Shown: in pieces, positions 10,115 through 24,432 of the stretch
How positions within the stretch are numbered: the first letter of the stretch is position 1
Layout: each line of letters opens with the position of its first letter
Assembly (NCBI GenBank): GCA_965248265.1
Contig: CBDFJF010000001.1
Location: 2,560,001 to 2,624,000 of the forward strand
From: Candidatus Latescibacterota bacterium
GTDB lineage: Bacteria; Latescibacterota; UBA2968; UBA8231
DNA length: 64,000 nt
Reading direction: 5' to 3'
The notes under the pieces: model-generated
Seen by the model: the letters and a program-made list of their open reading frames with translations, nothing else
What the model was told of the DNA's origin: nothing
Databases searched by the model: none
Made by a program: the position numbers and the translations under genes

Positions 10115-10864
10115 CTATGCCAGGAGTTTTTCCAGCTCTTCTTCTTGCACATCGAAATTGGAGTACACCTTTTGGACATCGTCCAAATCCTCCAATCCTT
10201 CCAACAGACGCACGATCTTTTCAGCCTGTTGGCCTTCGACCGCCATGAGGTTCTGCGGAACCCACGCGAGAGAGGCCTGGGTAACGGAAATCCCGCTGTC
10301 ATCCAACGCTTGCTTGACCGCCTGAAACTGTTCGACCGGGCACAGTACCTCGAAAGCCTCATCCAGATCCTGAATGTCCTCTGCTCCGGCGTCCATGACG
10401 GCAAGCATCAAGTCATCTTCGCTGTTTCCTTCTGCAGGAACCTCCAGCAGACCCTTCTGCGCGAACAGGTATGCAACCGCACCCTTTTCGGCCAGATTGC
10501 CTCCGTGCTTGGTGAACAGGTGTCGAACCTCAGAGACGGTCCTGTTCTTGTTGTCCGAAAGAGTCTCCAACATGACTGCGACCCCACCGGGCCCGTACCC
10601 CTCGTAGATCGCTTCTTCGTAGACCTCGCCCGGTTCATCTCCCGAACCGCGACGGATGGCGCGTTCAACAGTGGCCATCGGCATATTGGCCGCCTTGGCA
10701 TTCTGCACCGCCGTGCGCAATTGAGGATTCGACTCTTCATCTCCACCCCCACCACGGGCAGCGACAGTGAGTTCTCTGATCAATTTGGTGAAGATCTTGC
10801 CGCGCTTGGCGTCAACGGCCCCCTTCTTGCGCTTGATCGTACTCCATTTGGAGTGACCTGACAT
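10115..10864 (-). CDS. yebC: YebC/PmpR (TACO1) family protein
   Basis: MSGHSKWSTIKRKKG, YEGYGPGG, DNKNRT, LEDLDDVQKVYSN; usual position upstream of ruvC. Confidence 0.95.
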   Translation of the reverse strand: MSGHSKWSTIKRKKGAVDAKRGKIFTKLIRELTVAARGGGGDEESNPQLRTAVQNAKAANMPMATVERAIRRGSGDEPGEVYEEAIYEGYGPGGVAVMLETLSDNKNRTVSEVRHLFTKHGGNLAEKGAVAYLFAQKGLLEVPAEGNSEDDLMLAVMDAGAEDIQDLDEAFEVLCPVEQFQAVKQALDDSGISVTQASLAWVPQNLMAVEGQQAEKIVRLLEGLEDLDDVQKVYSNFDVQEEELEKLLA

Positions 10865-11059
10865 ATCTGGCTCGCCAGCTTTCTGGTGTGGTTTGCGGAA
10901 TGTCTTGCTGAATCTCCGAGCATACAAGATTCAGTTGAAATCTATTGCCAAACCGATACCGAGGCAACTCAAATCGGAGCGCACTAACTATAAGTGGGAG
11001 AATGATCTAAGCAGGTGGCACAGGGAATCGTCAGGAGCCGCGTTGGCGCGCGTTACTGC

Positions 11060-11137
11060 GCTTTTTCAGGCAGCTTCCGCGGGTTTAGTGGCTTCCTCGC
11101 TTTTTCAGGCAGCTTCCGCGGGTTTAGTGGCTTCCTC
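11060..11137. repeat. Perfect 39-bp tandem duplication covering the last 10 codons and stop of the EF-G paralogue
   Basis: gctttttcaggcagcttccgcgggtttagtggcttcctc at 11060-11098 and 11099-11137. Confidence 0.95.
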
Positions 11138-13165
11138 AACGATCTTGGTCTGGATATCGCCAGGAACCAGCTCGTAGCGATCGACCTTCTGCGTGTACAT
11201 TCCTTTGCCCTGGGTCATGGACCTGAGGACCGTTGCGTACCGGTCGATCTCGGAAAGAGGAACCTCGGCCGTGATAATCTGGAAGTGGCCATCGGCGTCA
11301 GTGCCGTTGATGCGGCCCCGCCTGGACGTTAGGTCACCCATCACGTCACCCATGAATTCCTCGGGAACGGTGATGGTCAAACTGCAGATGGGCTCGAGCA
11401 ATACGGGCCTTGCTTTGAGGAAGGCATCCTTGAACGCCTGCGACGATGCGATTTTGAACGAAACCTCATCCGAGTCGACGGCATGGTGCTTACCGTCGTA
11501 GATGGCGACCGCCACGTCGACGACCTGGCAGTGGGACAGGGGGCCTTCGAGCAGCGATTCCTGGAGCCCCTTCTCCACGGCAGGAATGAAATTGGTCGGG
11601 ATACTGCCCCCGACGACCTCGTTGATGAGCTCAAAACCTTCACCCCGTGCTGTTGGCTGGACCCGAAGGAAGACTTCTCCGAACTGGCCACGACCACCCG
11701 ACTGCTTCTTGTGTCGGTGATGACCCTCGGCTTTGCCTCGGATCGTTTCTCTATAGGGGATCCTTGGTGTTTCTGTTTCCACCTCGACGTTGAAGCGTTC
11801 CCGCAAGCGCTTGAGTATCGACTCCAGGTGGAGATCACCCTGAGCAGCCAGAATCGACTGGTGAATTTCCCCGTCGTATCGAAACAACAGGCTGGGATCC
11901 TCCTGACGGATCGAAGCGAGCCCGGTTGCCATGCGCTCTTCGCTCCCTTTCTCCTTGGGAGTGATCGCCACTCTGATCAGAGGGTCTGGCAACTCAACCT
12001 TGGGTAGCGAAAGTCGCTGTCCCTTGGCACACAGGGTGTCACCGCTGTGGGTGTCCTTGAGTTTGACCAGAGCCACTATATCACCAGCGGACGCGCTCTC
12101 CACCTCACTGCGTTCATGGCCACTCAGCTCGAATATTTGACCAATTCGCTCTGTGTTGCCCTGGGTGGCGTTGGTGATCTCATCCCCGGATTTAATGCTC
12201 CCGGCGTAGAGACGCACCAAGCTCAAATCACCAACGTGCTGCTCGGCTAGCGTCTTGAATGAGAATGCCGCGAGCGGAGCTGCGGGATTGGCATCGAGTC
12301 TGTCTCCGTCTGGCACTTCGAGTCCCGCAGACTCTGCTGGGGACGGAAAATAACTGGCGAGCGAATTCAGCAGACGATCCATACCGATCGCGTTGTGGGC
12401 ATCCGTGAACACGATGGGAAACAGTTCGCGCTGCAGGACGGCTTTGCGCAAACCCGCCGCCAGCTCTTCCGAACTCAAATCACCGTCTCCGAAATACTTC
12501 TCCATCAAGGCTTCATCGGTTTCCGCGACGGCCTCCACAATTTGCTCATGCAACTTTTGCGAAATTGCTGCGTGCTCCTCAGGCAGATCGTCCTCTTGTG
12601 CCTTTCCGTCGTCATACGTGACCAGCTTCGTCGACACCACATCGATAAGTTGATTGAAACCCTCACCGTGATTCAACGGATGCTGCAGCACAACGGCCTG
12701 TCGACCGAAGCGGCTCTGGATCTGGTCCAGCAACCCCTCTAGCTCGATGTCGGCTCGGTCCATTTTGTTCACGACGATGAGGCAGGGAAGGCCGTAATCC
12801 TGCGCGAGGCGCCATACCCTTTCCGTGCCCACCTCGACACCCGCCACCGCTTCAACGACGACGACGGCCGAATCGCTGACCCGAAGAGCGGCCTGCGCAT
12901 CAGATAGAAAATCGGCGTAGCCGGGTGTATCCATCATGTTGAAATGATGTGAGTCATGCTCTGTCGTTATCATCGCCGTCCGTATGGAGATCTGACGTTC
13001 GATTTCCTCCGGATCGTAGTCGCAGACGGTATTGCCTTCCAAAACATGGCCCAACCTGTTGAGCCTGCCGGTACGATAGAGGATGGCTTCCGCGAGCGAG
13101 GTTTTTCCCGAGCCACTATGGCCGGTCAGGGCGGAGTTTCTGACCTGTTCTGTTGTATGAGCCAC
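11105..13165 (-). CDS. fusA: Elongation factor G paralogue (EF-G II / EF-G2 type)
   Basis: G1 GHSGSGKTS, G2 RQISI, DTPGYADF, NKMD, GDLHL, YRETI, KKQSGGRGQFG, LRSMTQGKG; divergent G1/G2 and location outside the str operon indicate EF-G II. Confidence 0.9.
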   Translation of the reverse strand: MAHTTEQVRNSALTGHSGSGKTSLAEAILYRTGRLNRLGHVLEGNTVCDYDPEEIERQISIRTAMITTEHDSHHFNMMDTPGYADFLSDAQAALRVSDSAVVVVEAVAGVEVGTERVWRLAQDYGLPCLIVVNKMDRADIELEGLLDQIQSRFGRQAVVLQHPLNHGEGFNQLIDVVSTKLVTYDDGKAQEDDLPEEHAAISQKLHEQIVEAVAETDEALMEKYFGDGDLSSEELAAGLRKAVLQRELFPIVFTDAHNAIGMDRLLNSLASYFPSPAESAGLEVPDGDRLDANPAAPLAAFSFKTLAEQHVGDLSLVRLYAGSIKSGDEITNATQGNTERIGQIFELSGHERSEVESASAGDIVALVKLKDTHSGDTLCAKGQRLSLPKVELPDPLIRVAITPKEKGSEERMATGLASIRQEDPSLLFRYDGEIHQSILAAQGDLHLESILKRLRERFNVEVETETPRIPYRETIRGKAEGHHRHKKQSGGRGQFGEVFLRVQPTARGEGFELINEVVGGSIPTNFIPAVEKGLQESLLEGPLSHCQVVDVAVAIYDGKHHAVDSDEVSFKIASSQAFKDAFLKARPVLLEPICSLTITVPEEFMGDVMGDLTSRRGRINGTDADGHFQIITAEVPLSEIDRYATVLRSMTQGKGMYTQKVDRYELVPGDIQTKIVEEATKPAEAA

Positions 13166-13311
13166 GATGACATGCTCCTAAAACTGTTGGTGTGTTGCTG
13201 GTGTAGGTAGCTGTATTTCGACGCCAAATTACCGAAGCCGATTTTGCTGACTGCCTGAGCGAGCTTAAACTAAAATGGCCAATTTTCACAGTCAAGAAAT
13301 TCCCGAAAATC

Positions 13312-14358
13312 ATGAGCACATCGACTCCTTCGCATCCGACCACTTTGTGGGACGCATTCGACGTTCCGGAGATTGAGCGCGCTGAAAACGGAGAAGGGCA
13401 GAAAGTCGCCTTCGTGACGTTTGTCATGCTCAATGACAACTACGTCCCCGGAGCGTTGACCTTGGGCCACAGCCTGCGACAACAGCAAACGGCCGCTGCG
13501 CTGGTGTGCCTGGTATCTGAAGGGGTGAGCTCGAATGCCAGGAAAGCACTGGAAACGGTGTTCGACCTCGTGGTCGAGGTTGAGCTTTTCTATGTACCCC
13601 ATTCGCGCCGACAGGAACGACAGGACCGACCCTATTTCTTCACACGCATCAACGCCCTGCGCCTGGGGTCGGACGGAGACCTCGGATGCTGCTTCGAAAA
13701 GCTGGTCATCATCGACGCCGATGTACTGCCGCTGCGGCGCTACGACCACCTTTTTCAGCTCACTCCGCCGGCCGGAATCCTGAACGAAAGCAAGGACCAC
13801 GTGATTGAGAGTGACGAGTCGGGAGGATACACGCAGACAGGAGCGGCTCGAACCACGGGGAAGTGGGTTTGGCATCGGCTGTACGACCCGATATGTCCCC
13901 ATGGGCAACTCATCCCAAAGGAGATAACGGACCGCGTCCGCAATGATCCAAAGAATATGGGGCTGAACGGATCCCTCTTTGTCCTCGAGCCTTCGATGAG
14001 GGAATTCGAGGAGATACAGCGAGATGTGCGTACGCCCGAGGTCGAACGCCTGGTAGGAGACCTGTTTGACTGGCCTGACATGCAGTACCTGACCATGCGC
14101 TGGTCAGGCAAATGGCGAAACATCGATATCCGCTTCAGCGGACTGAATGGGTACCCTGACCTGGAAGTTCTCTGTGGCACCCACTTCGCCGGGTTCAAGC
14201 CCTGGTATTTCCATCGGCAGAAGGCGATGGCTCGGTACTGCCGTTACCCGGACTTTCAGCGCTGGTTTCTGCAGTTTGAAGAGATGATTCGCCAGCATCC
14301 CGGTCTTCTGGAGTTCGGGAAACTGCGTCGATTACACGAGTCCATTCGATTGTTGTGA
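13312..14358 (+). CDS. Glycosyltransferase family 8, glycogenin-like
   Basis: AFVTFVMLNDNYVPGALTLGHSL, FTRINAL, IIDAD (DxD), NGSLFVLEPS, HFAGFKPW. Confidence 0.85.
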   Translation: MSTSTPSHPTTLWDAFDVPEIERAENGEGQKVAFVTFVMLNDNYVPGALTLGHSLRQQQTAAALVCLVSEGVSSNARKALETVFDLVVEVELFYVPHSRRQERQDRPYFFTRINALRLGSDGDLGCCFEKLVIIDADVLPLRRYDHLFQLTPPAGILNESKDHVIESDESGGYTQTGAARTTGKWVWHRLYDPICPHGQLIPKEITDRVRNDPKNMGLNGSLFVLEPSMREFEEIQRDVRTPEVERLVGDLFDWPDMQYLTMRWSGKWRNIDIRFSGLNGYPDLEVLCGTHFAGFKPWYFHRQKAMARYCRYPDFQRWFLQFEEMIRQHPGLLEFGKLRRLHESIRLL

Positions 14359-14375
14359 TCAGGGCACGTTTTTAC

Positions 14376-14415
14376 AAAAAAGCCCGATTGCAATCACGAA
14401 TGTTTGCAATCGGGC
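14376..14415 (-). terminator. Intrinsic terminator of the rRNA operon
   Basis: 12-bp stem gcccgattgcaa/ttgcaatcgggc followed by a U-tract on the minus strand, just downstream of 5S. Confidence 0.85.
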
Positions 14416-14423
14416 GGAATAAA

Positions 14424-14541
14424 TCCCGGCAACGTCCTACTCTCCCACCGGGCGACCCCAGCAGTACCATCGGCGCAGGAGGGCTTAACTGCTCTGTTCG
14501 GAATGGGAAGAGGTGTTGCCCCTCCGCTATAGTCACCGGAA
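14424..14541 (-). rRNA. rrf: 5S ribosomal RNA
   Basis: Reverse complement has CCCATTCCGAAC..AGTTAAG..CGCCGATGGTACT..GGGAGAGTAGG; ends approximate. Confidence 0.95.
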
Positions 14542-14753
14542 AAACCAATATTCAATTGAAGTCGCCAAACCGCATCAACAATCTGATGCGCCTTGATGCG
14601 AGTTTTCCAGACCGGCCAATCAAAGCCGGTCTGGAAAACTCGACGAAGACTCGCGTTAGCCAGTCTTCGCCTTCACGAATAACGGATTCACCTGTAGAAA
14701 CTACCCTTGTGTGTAGGAAGACTCCCTTCGGGAGTCTTAAAGTGAAAAAAATC

Positions 14754-17796
<3,043 letters not shown>

Positions 17797-17926
17797 GAAA
17801 ATCACCTCATAAGCGAATTGGATCACGCAGTGATTCAGTTCGCTTATCATACACAATTCGGAAACGCACGATCAAAACGCCATGCGTTTCTCAAGGTAGT
17901 ATCTTCAGTGTGAATCCATTATTCGA

Positions 17927-17938
17927 TTGTCAAAGAGC
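17927..17938 (-). promoter_or_regulatory. Spacer boxA antitermination element
   Basis: GCTCTTTGACAA upstream of 23S. Confidence 0.7.
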
Positions 17939-18142
17939 GAGAAGGTCGCCTTTGGCGACCTTCTTGGATCACGCTAGTGATCCTCCGATCACCGAAAACA
18001 CCGGTAATCGTTTTTGGAGTTTTGCGCCGCAAAACTCCGAGAAACTCACTAAAAGATCGGTTATCCACCTTGGAGGAGTTTGCCTCGCAAACTCCGCAAG
18101 AATCGTCTCGCGATTCTTCAGCCTCGCGATTCTTCATTTGTT

Positions 18143-18219
<77 letters not shown>

Positions 18220-18252
18220 TGAAGGTCGCTATGCGACCTTTTCGAGTTTCGC

Positions 18253-18332
18253 TCCTGCGAAACTCCCAGAGACTCGCGTCAGTGAGTCTCCTTTCGCATC
18301 CTGCGAAACTCCCAGAGACTCGCGTCAGTGAG
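18253..18332. repeat. 34-bp direct repeat (period 46) in the 16S-tRNA spacer
   Basis: tcctgcgaaactcccagagactcgcgtcagtgag at 18253-18286 and 18299-18332. Confidence 0.9.
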
Positions 18333-18525
18333 ATTCAGGGATCTTCCAATCACGTCAGTGATTCTCTTCAAAAACCAAATAACGCGCACAGAGTGTGTTG
18401 CTCAACGAGGTTGAGAATCACTATCGTGATTCTTTGTGAGTTTTCGCTTCGCGAAAACTCGAAACGATCGCGCGAGCGATCGTCATTGACCTGGGACTGG
18501 GCGACTCTTACGGAGTCGCCGCTAT

Positions 18526-20092
<1,567 letters not shown>

Positions 20093-20192
20093 GAATAATT
20101 CAAACGAAAACTTGATCAATCAATTGCTGAAAGCGTCGGCATGCCGACGCTCATCCTCAGTCAGACTCAGGGACTCTGTGCACGTTATTTGA

Positions 20193-20204
20193 TTTTCAAA
20201 GAGC
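20193..20204 (-). promoter_or_regulatory. Leader boxA antitermination element
   Basis: GCTCTTTGAAAA between the rrn promoter and 16S. Confidence 0.7.
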
Positions 20205-20286
20205 GGGACCGGGCGAATGTCGCAATGCTGCGACTCTCCCGAACACAAACTTACCCACGATCGTACAGACCCGCAGGTAATTGTAT

Positions 20287-20315
20287 AAAGTATGCTCTTG
20301 GGGGAATACTGTCAA
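20287..20315 (-). promoter_or_regulatory. Sigma70-type rRNA operon promoter
   Basis: TTGACA-17 nt-TACTTT about 200 nt upstream of 16S. Confidence 0.7.
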
Positions 20316-20409
20316 TACAAGAGGGATATCACGTCATGCCATGCCGGACCAGGCACTCAGTCGCCCGAGGGCAAGTGCTCAAAAGAGCAGCTGTGCTGTT
20401 TCCGCCAGC

Positions 20410-21147
20410 CTACTCGAATTCCTTAGCGAGGACTCGCCCTAAAACCTCGGTTGCACGAATCCGCACACCGGGATCCTTGTCCTCAAGTGCTTGCTGCAAG
20501 ACGGCAACCGCCGCGGGTAGCTGGAGAAAACCGAGCGACTCCACCGCCCTGATGCGTACCGTCGGTGCCTTGTCGGCCAGAATCTGGGATAGAGCTCCGA
20601 CAGCACGGGGATCCTTGACACCTAATTTGCCAAGATGTCGAGCCGCAGCGGCTCTAACCTGGGGACTTTTGTCGTTCAGAGCTGCGTTGGTGAGGACGGG
20701 AACACCGCTGCGGTGACCGATCTTGCGCAAAGCCAGCGCCGCCTCCATGCGCACTGCCTGTTCCTTATCCTCAAAGGCCTTTTGAATGATCGGGATGCTG
20801 TTGACGGTACCGGCGTCCTTGAGTGCGTCCACCGTCCGCAATCTCACCTCTGGCGCCTTGTCCTTGAGGGCTTCGGAAAGTACGGTGAGAGCGACCTTTC
20901 CGCCGACGAAGCCAAGGGCCTTGACCACGGCGATCCGAACATCCAAGTCCTTGTCAGACAGCCCTTTGCGAAGCATGACAACCGATTGGCGACCGCCGAC
21001 CCGGGCAAGCCCTTCTGCCGCCTTGATGCGAATCTCCGCGTTCTTGTCATCAAGCATATTTCGCAGCGCGAAGAGTCCTGGGCCATTGGACTGGGCGCTT
21101 GCGGAGTGGAACGCCAGCAGTAGGATCAGGGATAGACGGATCGTCAT
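20410..21147 (-). CDS. Exported HEAT/PBS-lyase repeat protein
   Basis: Signal peptide (LSLILLLAFHSASAQ) followed by about 7 repeats of the form L.D....VR..A..ALG. Confidence 0.88.
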   Translation of the reverse strand: MTIRLSLILLLAFHSASAQSNGPGLFALRNMLDDKNAEIRIKAAEGLARVGGRQSVVMLRKGLSDKDLDVRIAVVKALGFVGGKVALTVLSEALKDKAPEVRLRTVDALKDAGTVNSIPIIQKAFEDKEQAVRMEAALALRKIGHRSGVPVLTNAALNDKSPQVRAAAARHLGKLGVKDPRAVGALSQILADKAPTVRIRAVESLGFLQLPAAVAVLQQALEDKDPGVRIRATEVLGRVLAKEFE

Positions 21148-21344
21148 GACGATGTGGGATCGACTACAGTGTGATGGACACTAAGCACAAGGTCAGCTTT
21201 CTCTGGGATTCCTCAGTTCTCCGGCAACCGCTCTTTCCTTTATCGGCCAAATTTCGCGTGTCTGTCGTATCCGGACAGTGTGACCCAGCGGAGGATTGCG
21301 AATGGGCCGGGTCATTCTGTATTAAATCTAATACAATCAACAGG

Positions 21345-23084
21345 TTAATTCCTTGAAGTATTTAGCTGATAGATGCTGACTATCGGTCCACTGTACCTGG
21401 CTGCGGAGAACTCGCCGATCGGTGTATAGAAGGCGTCGATTGGATCGAACGGCGGCGCGGGGGTACCGGGCACGAAGGGATCGAATGAAATCACAAGGTT
21501 TGCGTGTTGGTCCAGCAACTGACTCAGACCGGGTGACAGCTGTGAGAATACCAACGGATGCTGCTGTGTTACTACCCATTCCACACCTGCACTCCGCAAT
21601 GTCCGCGCTGGCCATTCAGATAACACTGTACGCATTCCCTGAGGATTGTCCGGGCGAAGCTCATAAACGTAATAACTGGGCTCGACCGGATAATCCTTGA
21701 GTGCCAGCATCAGACCAAGTCGGTTTGCGTCAAAACCACTGCGGCGCTGGTCATCCCTGGCGTGCTCCAACCAGAGCCGAGATCGGTTGAGGCGGGGATG
21801 TCCGTACGCGCTCCCCGCAAGGGCGAGTGTCGAACCAGCCGGAATGTGCTCAGTGATCCAGCGGGTAGCGAGTTGCCGCGTGTCTGGCCCGGACAGCAAC
21901 TGGTTGTGGCGCACGCAGGAGAACGCCGTGGGTAGCGCAATCAATAGGCCTGCAGCGAGTAGTACGTAGGACCGCACGGCGGGTCTGATCGTCTGGGTTA
22001 CCGCAGCCAGCCAAATGCCGGCCGCCAGACACAACAGTGGTACCATCGGAATCATGTAGCGCAGGTAGACACTCTTCCCGCTGCCTGCCACCAGATAGTA
22101 CGATAGCAATCCGCACAAAAGGGCCAGATCTCGGTTGGTTCGTCGCCGGGCCATGAGCAGCAAACCCAAAAATGAGGCCGCCAACAGCGGCCACCCGAGA
22201 CCCCTGGCGAGACTGGTGTGCAGGTGATAGGTCCATCCGCGGCCCAGGTCGACCGCACGGCCGCCGCCGAACTGTCCGCCCTCCGCAGCCACATCGCTGA
22301 CGAACGTGGAAAAATCCAAGAGGATGTAGGGTGAACCAGCGATAAAGGCCCCGAGGGCTCCGGCTAGGGTTAATGCCAGTAGGGACCAACGCGCGTTGAA
22401 GCTGCTGTCCTTTGGCGAGGATAGCCACACCGCCAGGAGAATGGTCGGGGCCATCAAAACGGTGTTGTACTTGGTGGAGGCTGCCAGCCCCACAAACAGA
22501 CCACAAAGCAGTGCCGTCCTCGGTTTGGGCTGATCGAACTGACGCCAGGCAAACAGACACGCAACCAGCAGATAGAACGTGGCTGGAACATCCAGAGTTA
22601 GAAAATGAGAATCGCGAACATGGAGGAAGGCAACGCTGAGAAATATGGCGGACAGGACTCCTGCGGTACGGTCGCGCCACCTTGTCGCAACGCCGTACAC
22701 AAGAGCAACGGAAGCGGTGCCCATTATGGCTGTCAGCAATCTTCCAACGATGAAGATCGTGCTGGGTTCCGCGAAGAACTCGTGCTGGAGATCCTCTACG
22801 CCATCAAATCGACCCGTAGCGCGGCCCACGAAAAAGTAGAGACCGTAAACAAAGGCCATCACGTAGAAATGCAGGCTGGGATAGCGAAAAAAGTGAGGAT
22901 TGAGATCGCCTGCCCCGACGGCCAGAGCTCGATGCACAACCATGGTCTCGTCCGGCCGAGTGAGCGTGTTTGGCAGTCCGAAATCGATGCCCCAAACCCG
23001 GAGAGCGAACGCGCCCAACAGGACTAGCGGCAGAGCTACCACTCCCCATCCATTCAACCTGGACTGGAGTGAACGACAGATCAC
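21345..23084 (-). CDS. Glycosyltransferase family 39 / PMT-ArnT-like multi-pass membrane protein
   Basis: ALR..GIDFGLP...PDE, NPHFFRYPSL, DSHFLTLDVP, GLAASTKY, RYMIP; many TM segments. Confidence 0.85.
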   Translation of the reverse strand: MICRSLQSRLNGWGVVALPLVLLGAFALRVWGIDFGLPNTLTRPDETMVVHRALAVGAGDLNPHFFRYPSLHFYVMAFVYGLYFFVGRATGRFDGVEDLQHEFFAEPSTIFIVGRLLTAIMGTASVALVYGVATRWRDRTAGVLSAIFLSVAFLHVRDSHFLTLDVPATFYLLVACLFAWRQFDQPKPRTALLCGLFVGLAASTKYNTVLMAPTILLAVWLSSPKDSSFNARWSLLALTLAGALGAFIAGSPYILLDFSTFVSDVAAEGGQFGGGRAVDLGRGWTYHLHTSLARGLGWPLLAASFLGLLLMARRRTNRDLALLCGLLSYYLVAGSGKSVYLRYMIPMVPLLCLAAGIWLAAVTQTIRPAVRSYVLLAAGLLIALPTAFSCVRHNQLLSGPDTRQLATRWITEHIPAGSTLALAGSAYGHPRLNRSRLWLEHARDDQRRSGFDANRLGLMLALKDYPVEPSYYVYELRPDNPQGMRTVLSEWPARTLRSAGVEWVVTQQHPLVFSQLSPGLSQLLDQHANLVISFDPFVPGTPAPPFDPIDAFYTPIGEFSAARYSGPIVSIYQLNTSRN

Positions 23085-24064
23085 GATTCGTTTGCCGCCT
23101 CCATGATTTGCAGCTGCAGCCTGAGATTGCTCAACGCGGCGTGGTTGGCGGTCGGAAACTCCACTGCACGATTCCTGACGGCGCCGATGAACCGTTGGAT
23201 GAGCAGAGACATGAAATCCTGCCCTCGGCGTTCGACCGATCCCCGTCGCAGGACAGATTCATACTCACCGGTTGCTCCGAGCTGTCCGGAGCATTCCACG
23301 ATGAGGCCGTTCACCCCGAAACGCCTGGCAAGCGTTCCTCCCGAGCTGTCGCGAACCACGATGTCTGCGAGGCAGCAGCCCTCGGGATGCTGGAACTCGA
23401 ACTTCACCGAGGCCTCGGCTCCCTCGAAGCGGACTTCCAGAGACTGTTCTCGGATATGGCCCCGAGGCAACCAGGACAATAGGAGACTCAGGGGATGGGG
23501 GGCCATGTCGATCCAGACGTCCCGCGACGAACGAGGTCGACCCCTGGCCAGGGTTTCCATCTCAGCATTGAATTGCGCTATTTCAGCGGGTTTGATCGGT
23601 GGCGAAATCGGGAGTGTGGCGGCGTGAAAACTGTGATAAAGTGGCAAGGCGGTGGCGTACTGCGTGCAGACAGCAAAGAGCAGCTCGCGCTCCTGGGCTT
23701 CACGCACCAGTTGCTCGGCCTGCGCGGTCATCGTACTGACATCGCTTCCCCACACCAGGGGCTTCTCGCACAACACGTGGCACCCACTCTGTAGCCCACC
23801 CATAGCACATTCGAAATGCAACTCGTTCGGGGTGCTGACATCAAGTATGTCTGGACACTCACGTGTGAGCATCTGGGGGAGGTCTGAATACGCCCGGCCA
23901 CCAAACCCGAACAAGTCCGCAAGTACGGACTCTGTCGCCCGGGCCGTCGTCTCGCTACTGCCACAGAAGGCGACCACTTCGCATCCGGCTGCCGCAAACC
24001 ATTTGGCGTGGTGTTTGCCTATACCACTGGCGCCGGCGACAGCGACGCGTAGGGGCTCGGTCAT
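23081..24064 (-). CDS. Gfo/Idh/MocA family NAD(P)-dependent oxidoreductase
   Basis: VAVAGASGIGKHH, DVSTPNELH, HVLCEKP, DMAPH. Confidence 0.88.
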   Translation of the reverse strand: MTEPLRVAVAGASGIGKHHAKWFAAAGCEVVAFCGSSETTARATESVLADLFGFGGRAYSDLPQMLTRECPDILDVSTPNELHFECAMGGLQSGCHVLCEKPLVWGSDVSTMTAQAEQLVREAQERELLFAVCTQYATALPLYHSFHAATLPISPPIKPAEIAQFNAEMETLARGRPRSSRDVWIDMAPHPLSLLLSWLPRGHIREQSLEVRFEGAEASVKFEFQHPEGCCLADIVVRDSSGGTLARRFGVNGLIVECSGQLGATGEYESVLRRGSVERRGQDFMSLLIQRFIGAVRNRAVEFPTANHAALSNLRLQLQIMEAANES

Positions 24065-24103
24065 GGGATGTTCGACCTGAGACAGGTGTGCCCGTGAGAA
24101 AAT

Positions 24104-24132
24104 AAAAAAAGCGGGGGCATATTGCACCCGCT
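24104..24132 (-). terminator. Probable intrinsic terminator
   Basis: AGCGGGTGCA-ATA-TGCCCCCGCT stem followed by a long U-tract on the minus strand. Confidence 0.7.
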
Positions 24133-24236
24133 CGTTTCCATGCTACTATGGGCTTCTCTGTGGGTTAGCCTGTGGGTTTCTATGATTGTGAAACCCGTTA
24201 GATCAGGCCCCGCCGATCGCATCGGCCGTCAACACA

Positions 24237-24356
24237 TCAACTTCGTCGTCTTCCCGCAGCCTTGGCATCACGAATACGGGCTTTGAGCCGCTCCTTGCGA
24301 CGTTTGCGGCGGCGACGCAACTCTTTCTCTCTCTCTCTACCCTTACTCGATGCCAT
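24237..24356 (-). CDS. Small highly basic protein, 39 aa (DUF6800-like, tentative)
   Basis: MASSKGREREKELRRRRKRRKERLKARIRDAKAAGRRRS; candidate promoter upstream and terminator downstream. Confidence 0.65.
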   Translation of the reverse strand: MASSKGREREKELRRRRKRRKERLKARIRDAKAAGRRRS

Positions 24357-24432
24357 CGATATCGTCCGTTCGCGCAGTACTCCGGTGAGGTCGCTATCTG
24401 ATGTCGTTAATCCAATTGTCCAAGCAGCGCAC

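Noticed and set aside
11060-11137. Direct repeat as attL/attR of a prophage or island
   Set aside because: Copies are adjacent with no cargo and no integrase is in the window; kept only as a tandem duplication
11105-13165. EF-G with non-canonical GTPase motifs as a novelty
   Set aside because: Matches the known, widespread EF-G II subfamily
321-13210. Long antisense or alternative-frame ORFs (e.g. 1480-2697, 4187-5233, 10112-10861)
   Set aside because: Shadows of well-supported minus-strand genes in GC-rich DNA, with no recognisable motifs; the same applies to similar ORFs in the rest of the window
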